DNA from: Burkholderiaceae bacterium
GTDB taxonomy: Bacteria; Pseudomonadota; Gammaproteobacteria; Burkholderiales; Burkholderiaceae_B
Length of the DNA: 28,554 nucleotides
Reading direction: 5' to 3'
NCBI GenBank assembly: GCA_035302965.1
Contig: DATGSD010000116.1
Coordinates: 1 to 28,554 of the forward strand
The position numbers and the translations under genes are program-made. This document shows, one piece after another, positions 19,976 to 28,554 of the stretch (its first letter is position 1; each line of letters starts with the position of its first letter). The notes beneath the pieces are model-generated. The model saw only the letters and a list, made by a program, of their open reading frames with translations, ran no database searches and was not told where the DNA came from.

Positions 19976-20073
19976 TACTTTTCGAGATGGCGGGGTTTAT
20001 TTTGCTAGTAAACACCGCCATTCCATGCAGTAAACCTTAGGTTTGCTGCGTCATTGCTCCGACAGGAAATGCG

Positions 20074-20988
20074 ATGGCCGGAACAAGAGAAATTCGATCT
20101 AAAATTCGTAGCGTACAAAATACGCGGAAAATCACCAAAGCCATGGAAATGGTTGCGGCATCCAAAATGCGTCGCGCCCAAGAGCGCATGCGTGCTGGCC
20201 GCCCCTACGCTACTAAAGTGCGCGAAATTGCTTCGCATCTGATGCAGGCGCACCCAGAATATCATCACCCCTACATGCTCGAGCGCGATTCTGCTAAAGC
20301 GGTAGGCATTATTCTTATCACAACCGACAAAGGCCTTTGTGGTGGCTTAAACACCAATATTACCCGTCTGGTTTTGTCCCGAATTCGCGAGTTCGACGAA
20401 AAAGGGCTGGCCGTTCAAACAACCGGTTTGGGTAACAAAGGGGTGGGCTTTTTAACCCGCATTGGGTCCAACCTGGTTTCGCGTGAAGTCGACCTCGGCG
20501 ACGAGCCAAACCTCGAGCGCTTGATTGGGGCAGTCAAAGTACAACTCGATGCGTTTATCGACGGTAAAATCGATGCCGTGTACATCGCCACTAATCGCTT
20601 TATTAATACTATGCGGCAAGAGCCTAGCTTTATTCGCTTACTGCCGTTGCCCGATCGTAGGTTGCAAGACCCGTTCCAAACCCAAGAGTCCGACGACGAG
20701 GAAAATGGCCAAGCCATTACCTCCGACCACGGCTGGGATTATATCTACGAGCCCGACGCGCAAAGCGTTATCGACGACCTTTTGTTGCGTTATGTAGAAG
20801 GTTTGGTGTATCAGGCGGTGGCTGAAAACATGGCGTCCGAGCAATCGGCGCGCATGGTAGCCATGAAAGCTGCTTCTGATAACGCCGAAGAAATCATCAA
20901 CGACCTCGAGTTGGAGTACAACAAAACTCGTCAGGCCGCCATTACCAAAGAAATTTCAGAAATCGTTGGGGGCGCTGCCGCTGTTTAG
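20074..20988 (+). CDS. atpG: F1 subunit gamma
   Basis: [48 protein letters not shown]. Confidence 0.99.
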   Translation: MAGTREIRSKIRSVQNTRKITKAMEMVAASKMRRAQERMRAGRPYATKVREIASHLMQAHPEYHHPYMLERDSAKAVGIILITTDKGLCGGLNTNITRLVLSRIREFDEKGLAVQTTGLGNKGVGFLTRIGSNLVSREVDLGDEPNLERLIGAVKVQLDAFIDGKIDAVYIATNRFINTMRQEPSFIRLLPLPDRRLQDPFQTQESDDEENGQAITSDHGWDYIYEPDAQSVIDDLLLRYVEGLVYQAVAENMASEQSARMVAMKAASDNAEEIINDLELEYNKTRQAAITKEISEIVGGAAAV

Positions 20989-20994
20989 TTGTAA

Positions 20995-22455
<1,461 letters not shown>

Positions 22456-22464
22456 GGATTTTTT

Positions 22465-22887
22465 ATGGCGAACTTGCTTGTTGATGTTGTCAGTGCCGAA
22501 GAGTCGATTTTTTCAGGCGAGGCTAAATTCGTAGTCTTGCCCGGAGAATCGGGCGAGCTGGGTATTCTGCCCGGTCATACGCCTTTAATTTCGCGTATTC
22601 GCCCTGGCACCGTCAAAATCGAATTAGCCGACGGTTCTGGCGAAATAAATATCTTTGTTGCCGGCGGTATTCTCGAGGTTCAGCCGGGTGGTGTTACGGT
22701 GTTATCCGATACAGCCATTCGGGCTGAAGACCTCGACGAAGAAAAAGCTTTGGCCGCTCGTCAAAAAGCCGAAGAGGCCTTAGCCAAGGCTTCAGACCCC
22801 GACGATATGGCGGTGGTCGAAGCCGAGCTAGCCATGCTTGCGGCACAGGCAGCTGCCGCTCGTAAGTTTAGTAATGTGCGACGTTAG
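22465..22887 (+). CDS. atpC: F1 subunit epsilon
   Basis: [30 protein letters not shown]-terminal helices. Confidence 0.97.
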   Translation: MANLLVDVVSAEESIFSGEAKFVVLPGESGELGILPGHTPLISRIRPGTVKIELADGSGEINIFVAGGILEVQPGGVTVLSDTAIRAEDLDEEKALAARQKAEEALAKASDPDDMAVVEAELAMLAAQAAAARKFSNVRR

Positions 22888-22897
22888 CCTGCCCTAG

Positions 22898-22925
22898 CAG
22901 CGGCCCTTCGGGGCCGTTGTTTTTT
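22898..22925 (+). terminator. Intrinsic terminator of the atp operon
   Basis: CAGCGGCCC-TTCG-GGGCCGTTG-TTTTTT (cUUCGg tetraloop). Confidence 0.92.
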
Positions 22926-22992
22926 CTAGGTAAAGCTTGCGTGGGCCACGTTTGATTTTAAGACGAGTCGTTAAATTATCGTACTTACCGAT

Positions 22993-23018
22993 TTGACAGA
23001 AGTCCGAATTGTTACGAT
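22993..23018 (+). promoter_or_regulatory. Candidate extended -10 promoter for the regulator-hemE unit
   Basis: TG-T-TACGAT at 23010-23018; a perfect TTGACA at 22993-22998 sits at a non-canonical 14-nt spacing. Confidence 0.35.
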
Positions 23019-23084
23019 TTCTGTCTATCGCTAACCTGGGCGTTTTCTTAACGGGCCACAGGCTCAATGTTACGGAGAACTCCC

Positions 23085-23906
23085 ATGAGACCAAGCTTCG
23101 ATTGCGCTGTCATCAATACCAATGTTACCCACGATTGGGCACGCCAAGCGCTGGCTGCAATAGCGCCTAGCAGTCGTGTTCATTTAAAGTGGTCGTTGCC
23201 GCTCATCGATTGCGATGCGCCTAATTCGTCTCAGGCGCTATGTCAAGCTTCAATGCAATTGCGCAGTTTTGACGCCTGTTTATTGCCAGTGGTGCAACAT
23301 AACCTGCCTTGGGTGCGTACTGCATTGCTAGCGGCAAGAGGCCGTTTACATACGCCGGTAATTGCCTTGGTAAACGATTTGGCCGCAGTCGCGATTAACG
23401 ATTTGTTTCGTCTTGGTTTAGCCGATTTTATTCGGACGCCGATTACCTCAGACGATTTGCGCATACGTATTCAGCGCTTATTTGTAAGTCCGCAAGAAAC
23501 CGTTGTCCAGCCACTAACCGACAGCGGTTTCCAAGTGGCAGAACCGAGTTTGGTAAGCGGTTATAGTAACGATGATGCATTCACGGGAGACCCCCTGATC
23601 GACCGCTTGTTTTCATCTAGCGGTATTGCCCTAAACGCTTTGGCTATGGCCGCGGTTTCAGAAAGCGTGCATTATCAGCAGTCATTTCGTGAACTAAAAG
23701 GTAAAATCGTCGAAGCCTTCGAGCGTACGTATATTCGCGCCTTGCTAAAACGCCATTCAGGCAATATAGCGATGGCGGCTCGCACTGCCCAAAAGCATCG
23801 CCGAGCATTTTGGGCGCAAATGCGAAAATACGACATCGATGCTGCCGTTTTCCGAAATCATAAACCGTGTGCCCCGTACGAATCTGAAGATCGGGGCTTA
23901 AACTAA
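23085..23906 (+). CDS. Atypical regulator: degenerate receiver-like domain plus C-terminal Fis-type HTH, no AAA+ domain
   Basis: DACLLPV / TPVIAL / GLADFIRTP follow the receiver beta3-beta5 pattern; C-terminal [32 protein letters not shown] is an NtrC/Fis-type HTH. ATG 23085 has GGAG 7 nt upstream. Confidence 0.75.
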   Translation: MRPSFDCAVINTNVTHDWARQALAAIAPSSRVHLKWSLPLIDCDAPNSSQALCQASMQLRSFDACLLPVVQHNLPWVRTALLAARGRLHTPVIALVNDLAAVAINDLFRLGLADFIRTPITSDDLRIRIQRLFVSPQETVVQPLTDSGFQVAEPSLVSGYSNDDAFTGDPLIDRLFSSSGIALNALAMAAVSESVHYQQSFRELKGKIVEAFERTYIRALLKRHSGNIAMAARTAQKHRRAFWAQMRKYDIDAAVFRNHKPCAPYESEDRGLN

Positions 23907-23914
23907 GGATTATC

Positions 23915-24994
23915 GTGTCAACTAGTGCCTTAAAAAATGATGTCTTTATTCGGGCGCTTAAACGCCAGCCTGTTCCGTATACCCCGGTTTGGGTTATGCG
24001 CCAGGCCGGACGCTATTTGCCCGAATATCGCGAAACCCGTGCACGCGCGGGCTCGTTTCTGCAGCTAGCGCAAAACCCCGACTATGCTTGCGAAGTTACT
24101 TTGCAACCGCTAGAGCGCTTCCGACTCGATGCTGCCATTTTATTTTCTGATATTTTAACCATCCCACATGCCATGGGCTTGGGGCTCGATTTTGTTGCAG
24201 GTGAAGGCCCACAATTCGATTATCCGGTACGTACAGAAGACGATGTGCGCAACCTAAGCGTTCCCGATATGGCTAAACTGCAATACGTGTTTGATGCCGT
24301 TAAGCTTATTCGCCGCGAGCTCGATGGTCGTGTACCTTTAATTGGTTTTGCCGGCAGCCCCTGGACGGTTGCTTGCTATATGGTCGAGGGGCAGGGCAGC
24401 CGCGACTACCAACATATTAAAACCATGTTGTATGCGCGCCCCGACTTGCTCCATCGCGTGTTAGCCGTTACCACCGAAGCGACCATTCAGTACCTAAATG
24501 CCCAAATCGATGCGGGTGCGCAAGCTATTATGGTTTTTGATAGTTGGGGTGGTGTTTTGGCCGATGGGCTTTTCCAAGAGTTTTCTTTGGCTTACATTCG
24601 CCAAGTTTTGGCCGGCTTACGCCGCGAACACAACGGCGAAACCGTGCCTCTTATTGTCTTTACTAAGGGCGGCGGTATGTGGCTAGAAGATATCGCCGAT
24701 TGTGGTGCCGATGCCATGGGCGTCGATTGGACCGTTAACTTAAGTCAAGCCCGTCAACGGGTTCAAGATAAAGTGGCTTTGCAAGGCAACCTCGACCCGA
24801 TGGCCTTGTTCGGTAACGAGGGCAGCTTACGTGCACAAGTACGTCGTGTTATCGACGATTTTGGCCCCGTTGGCAAGGGCGGTCATGTCTTTAATTTGGG
24901 CCATGGCATTTCGCGCTTTACCAAGCCCGAAGCGATGGAAATTTTAGTTGACGAAGTACACAGCTATAGTCGCCACAAGCACGAAACCGCGTAA
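23915..24994 (+). CDS. hemE: Uroporphyrinogen decarboxylase
   Basis: [52 protein letters not shown]. Confidence 0.98.
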   Translation: MSTSALKNDVFIRALKRQPVPYTPVWVMRQAGRYLPEYRETRARAGSFLQLAQNPDYACEVTLQPLERFRLDAAILFSDILTIPHAMGLGLDFVAGEGPQFDYPVRTEDDVRNLSVPDMAKLQYVFDAVKLIRRELDGRVPLIGFAGSPWTVACYMVEGQGSRDYQHIKTMLYARPDLLHRVLAVTTEATIQYLNAQIDAGAQAIMVFDSWGGVLADGLFQEFSLAYIRQVLAGLRREHNGETVPLIVFTKGGGMWLEDIADCGADAMGVDWTVNLSQARQRVQDKVALQGNLDPMALFGNEGSLRAQVRRVIDDFGPVGKGGHVFNLGHGISRFTKPEAMEILVDEVHSYSRHKHETA

Positions 24995-25087
24995 CCCCAT
25001 GGCCGGCAAGGCTTTTACGCTTTAATCGATTTAAATTTGTGCGCTGACCACGTCTATTTTGCTGCAGCGCACGGCATTTAAGCGTGG

Positions 25088-25285
25088 TTTTGCACAGGCT
25101 TGGCATAAGTATTACTTAGAAGCTTTATTTAAAATCTACTTTCATACAGCTGCATAAGCTATTGATTTTAAATAATAAATTGCGTGGTTTTGGCTGCTTT
25201 TGTACATAGGGCGTGTTTTCGACTGAATTTTCCCCAACTTGTTCAAGCAGTTCTCCCCAAAGTTATCCACAGGCCTTGTGGGTTA
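25088..25285. promoter_or_regulatory. DnaA-box cluster with AT-rich tract (candidate oriC, datA/DARS-like element or DnaA operator)
   Basis: TTTTGCACA 25088-25096 and TTATCCACA 25263-25271 match TTWTNCACA; degenerate boxes at 25228, 25239 and 25251; inverted box TGTGGGTTA 25277-25285. Confidence 0.75.
25155..25167 (-). promoter_or_regulatory. IHF binding site
   Basis: Minus strand AATCAATAGCTTA is an exact match to WATCAANNNNTTR, with an A/T tract on its 5' side (25168-25180). Confidence 0.65.
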
Positions 25286-25340
25286 TTCGGCCAAAGCTAT
25301 AAGGAGTAAGGCTTTGGGGTGTTTTTAGAGCAAAATTTTT

Positions 25341-27542
25341 ATGACTTTGAGTGCCTCTACCGATGTTTCGTCAACTAATTACTGGTTGCGAGTTGCGCTC
25401 AATGTCCCTTTAAGAGGTTTGTTCGATTATCGGTCTGAGCAGGCCGTTGCAGTAGGGCAGCGGGTTATTGTTCCTTTTGGTCGGCGCAAATTAATTGGTG
25501 TGGTTATTGAAACCCCCGATCAACCCCATTTTCCGCCCGAACAAATCAAGGCGGTCGATCAGGTTTTAGACGATTTACCGCCTTTCTCAGACGATTGGAT
25601 GCGTTTGGCGCGCTTTGCAGCCACTTATTACCACCGTTCGCTTGGCGAGGTTATTCTCCCGTCCTTGCCAACCCACCTGCGGCGTGTCGGAAGTTATCAA
25701 GGTAAGCGTTCTGGGGCTGGTCCGGTTGCACGCTACGACAAACGACAGCAAGCGGCTGACGCGAAAGAACAGGAAGCTGAACAGGCAAGGGAGGCAGAAG
25801 AAACAACGGAGGTAAAGGAAGCAAGGGCGGCGGAAAAAACGAGTGGAACGAAAGAAGTAAAGGGCTCGATTTCAGACTTCGTCAAGAGCGCTAACGTGGA
25901 CGAGGCCCACTTAAATAGCGAACAGGAATATGCGGTGGAACAGGTGCGAGAGTCGCAGGGCTTTGCACCATTTTTGCTTTACGGAATTACTGGTAGCGGT
26001 AAAACCGAGGTGTATCTACGTCTTGCACGCCACTATTTAGCGCTGGGCAAGCAAGTTCTGTTTATGACGCCCGAAATTAACCTGACGCCACAGCTTCAGC
26101 TGTTATTACACAAGCGCTTTGCCGACTTAGCGCAAAATCAGCAGCTAGCGGTTTTGCATAGTGGCTTAAGCGATGGCCAGCGTTTAGATGCTTGGTTACG
26201 AACCTCGCGAGGTGAAGCCAAGGTGCTTTTGGGCACCCGCTTAAGTATTTTCACGCCTATGCCCGATTTGGGCTTAATTATTGTCGATGAAGAGCACGAC
26301 GCTTCGTATAAACAACAAGAAAGTCTGCGTTATTCAGCGCGCGATTTAGCGATCTGGCGCGCTCACGATTTAAAAATTCCCGTTGTCTTGGGTTCAGCCA
26401 CGCCCTCTTTAGAAACCTGGCGTCACGCTCAGCGTGGGCACTACCAACAGCTAACCTTAAGTAAACGAGCGCGGCCGGTTAGCTTGCCGTCCATCCGTTT
26501 ACTCGATATACGTCGCGAAAAGCTCGAACAAGGCTTTTCACCTAGGTTGCTACAAGCTATTCAAGAGCGCTTAGACAAAAACGAACAAAGCTTAATATTT
26601 TTGAACCGTCGTGGCTTTGCTCCCGTATTGCGTTGCCATTCTTGTGCCTGGGTGTCACGTTGCGTGCGTTGTACGACGTTTGTCGTTATGCACCAAGCAG
26701 GCAGTTGTAATTATCTGCAATGCCACCATTGTGGTTATCAGAGCCGCGTTCCGCCAGCTTGCCCCGATTGTGGCGACCAAGATTTACAACCCATGGGGCG
26801 CGGAACACAGCGGGTAGAAGATTTTCTGGCGCAGACTTTTCCGCAGGCGCGTGTCTTGCGCATTGACGCTGACAGTACGCGGCGCAAAGGTCAGGCTGAA
26901 GCCTTGTTTGCCAAAGTCTATTCTGGCGAAGTCGACATTTTGGTGGGCACACAAATGGTGGCTAAAGGTCACGATTTTGCCAACCTAGGCTTGGTAGGTA
27001 TTTTAAATACCGATGCCATGTTGTTTTCGCAAGATTTTCGTGCGCCCGAACGCTTATTCGCTCAGCTAGTTCAGGTGGCTGGGCGAGCAGGCCGCCACAC
27101 CGAGGCTGCCGATGTGTTGGTGCAAACCGAGTATCCCGACCAAGCGGTTTACCAAGCGTTGTGCCAGCACGATTACCCGGGTTTTGCGAATTATGCGCTT
27201 GAAGAACGCAAAGCGGTTGGCTTACCCCCTTATGCGTATCAAGCACTGCTAAGTGCGCAGGCTAGAGCCTTAAAGCAAACGCTAGAGTTTCTAAGCTTGG
27301 CTCGCGATCTTCCGCTTGAGCAGCCTGATAATTACCCAAGCTTTGATGCCATTTTTATTTACGACCCCGTGCCATTGCGCATTGTTCGCGTGGCCAATAT
27401 CGAACGTGCTCAGCTTTTGGTAGAAAGTGCCAACCGCGCAGCCCTGCAAAGCTTTTTAAACCAGTGGTTGCCGCAGCTCGAGCCTTTGGCTAAAAAGACA
27501 CGGGTGCGTTATTACCTTGAAGTTGATCCGCTCGAAATTTAA
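25341..27542 (+). CDS. priA: Primosomal protein N' (replication restart helicase PriA)
   Basis: VIVPFG 3'-binding domain, GITGSGKTEVY, PEINLTPQ, DEEHDASYKQ, GSATPSLE, four CxxC pairs, GTQMVAKGHDF, QVAGRAGR. Confidence 0.98.
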   Translation: MTLSASTDVSSTNYWLRVALNVPLRGLFDYRSEQAVAVGQRVIVPFGRRKLIGVVIETPDQPHFPPEQIKAVDQVLDDLPPFSDDWMRLARFAATYYHRSLGEVILPSLPTHLRRVGSYQGKRSGAGPVARYDKRQQAADAKEQEAEQAREAEETTEVKEARAAEKTSGTKEVKGSISDFVKSANVDEAHLNSEQEYAVEQVRESQGFAPFLLYGITGSGKTEVYLRLARHYLALGKQVLFMTPEINLTPQLQLLLHKRFADLAQNQQLAVLHSGLSDGQRLDAWLRTSRGEAKVLLGTRLSIFTPMPDLGLIIVDEEHDASYKQQESLRYSARDLAIWRAHDLKIPVVLGSATPSLETWRHAQRGHYQQLTLSKRARPVSLPSIRLLDIRREKLEQGFSPRLLQAIQERLDKNEQSLIFLNRRGFAPVLRCHSCAWVSRCVRCTTFVVMHQAGSCNYLQCHHCGYQSRVPPACPDCGDQDLQPMGRGTQRVEDFLAQTFPQARVLRIDADSTRRKGQAEALFAKVYSGEVDILVGTQMVAKGHDFANLGLVGILNTDAMLFSQDFRAPERLFAQLVQVAGRAGRHTEAADVLVQTEYPDQAVYQALCQHDYPGFANYALEERKAVGLPPYAYQALLSAQARALKQTLEFLSLARDLPLEQPDNYPSFDAIFIYDPVPLRIVRVANIERAQLLVESANRAALQSFLNQWLPQLEPLAKKTRVRYYLEVDPLEI

Positions 27543-28554
27543 TGAATGCTGAAAATACTGGTGTCGGCCATAGCTTGGCGTCTGATTTAAATGTACGCCA
27601 ACGTGAAGCCGTGCTCTACCTCGATGGCCCATGCTTAGTGTTAGCAGGGGCGGGTAGTGGCAAAACACGGGTAATTACCCAAAAAATTGCGTATTTGCTT
27701 CGCGAATGTGCCTTCCCTGCCAACCGAATAGTCGCATTAACGTTTACTAATAAGGCCGCCCGAGAGATGCGCGAACGGGTGTTGGCCTTGGTGCCGGGCA
27801 AGCAGGCAAAAGGTTTAACCATTAGCACCTTTCATGCTTTGGGCCTGCGGTTTTTACGTCAAGAGGCGGCACATTTCGAGTTGAAGCCAGACTTTTCGAT
27901 TATGGATGCAACCGACAGTTTGGCCGTTATCCAAGAACTCTTAGCCACTACCGATAAGGCGCGTTTACGTGCTGTGCAACAAGCCATCTCGTTGTGGAAA
28001 AATGCCCTGCTTGGGCCGGATCAGGCTGCTGCACAAGCGCAAAACCCCTTAGAGCAAGAAGCCGCCAGTATTTACAAGTACTACGAGGCCACGCTTAAGG
28101 CCTACCAAGCTGTTGATTTTGACGATTTAATCCGTCTGCCTGCTCGTTTACTAAAAAACAACGACGAGGTACGGCAGCGTTGGCAAAACCAAGTGCATTA
28201 TTTGTTGGTCGACGAGTATCAAGACACTAACGAATGCCAGTATTCAATGGTGCGTTCATTAACGGGCTCGAAATCTCGGTTTACTGTGGTTGGTGATGAT
28301 GACCAAGCCATTTATGCCTGGCGCGGAGCCACCCTCGAAAACTTAGGGCGTTTAACCACTGACTACCCGCACTTAAAGCTGATTAAACTTGAACAAAACT
28401 ACCGCTCTGTGCAAAGTGTTTTACGGGCGGCTAACCGCGTTATCGCGAATAACACCAGCCTGTTTGAAAAAGAACTGTGGTCTGAATTGGGTGCGGGCGA
28501 GAGTATTCGCGTAACCGCCATGGACAACCACGAAATTGAGGCCGAGTCGATTGG
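27542..28554 (+). CDS. rep: SF1A DNA helicase Rep (UvrD/Rep family), truncated by the window edge
   Basis: ATG 27542 overlaps the priA stop (TAATG); VLAGAGSGKTRVIT, TFTNKAAREM, STFHALG, VDEYQDTN, VGDDDQAIYAWRGA, LEQNYRS. Not in the ORF track. Rep rather than UvrD is my reading of the sequence style and is less certain than the family. Confidence 0.88.
   Translation, partial: MNAENTGVGHSLASDLNVRQREAVLYLDGPCLVLAGAGSGKTRVITQKIAYLLRECAFPANRIVALTFTNKAAREMRERVLALVPGKQAKGLTISTFHALGLRFLRQEAAHFELKPDFSIMDATDSLAVIQELLATTDKARLRAVQQAISLWKNALLGPDQAAAQAQNPLEQEAASIYKYYEATLKAYQAVDFDDLIRLPARLLKNNDEVRQRWQNQVHYLLVDEYQDTNECQYSMVRSLTGSKSRFTVVGDDDQAIYAWRGATLENLGRLTTDYPHLKLIKLEQNYRSVQSVLRAANRVIANNTSLFEKELWSELGAGESIRVTAMDNHEIEAESI

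Noticed and set aside
20640-20740. Acidic segment in ATP synthase gamma resembling a regulatory insertion
   Set aside because: It has no cysteine pair and falls in a loop that is commonly variable; not the chloroplast-type redox insert.
25100-25116. Sigma54-like TTGGCATAAGTATTACT in the hemE-priA spacer
   Set aside because: The -12 position is AC rather than the near-invariant GC, and it is far from priA.

Overview
Core chromosomal window of a betaproteobacterium. Gene order (tRNA-Phe, hemA-prfA-prmC-grxD-ubiX, atp operon, regulator-hemE, priA-rep) and protein sequences point to Burkholderiales, probably Alcaligenaceae (inference). Left part: partial exported protein, MscS channel, SAM methyltransferase, glutathionyl-hydroquinone reductase, and a signal-peptide rhodanese plus YeeE/YedE sulfur transporter. 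Middle: folB, a TrxR-fold flavoprotein, an M61 peptidase, an enoyl-CoA hydratase and the full atpIBEFHAGDC operon. No integrase, transposase, CRISPR array or prophage gene is visible. The strongest non-gene signal is the hemE-priA spacer, which holds a phased DnaA-box array, a perfect IHF consensus site and an AT-rich tract (candidate oriC, datA/DARS-like element, or DnaA-controlled priA-rep promoter). Other points: a receiver-like/Fis-HTH regulator lacking the phospho-Asp and the AAA+ domain, an 11-bp repeat array in a 3' UTR, and a probable two-TM pseudogene next to the tRNA. All motif calls were made by eye; no database searches were run.
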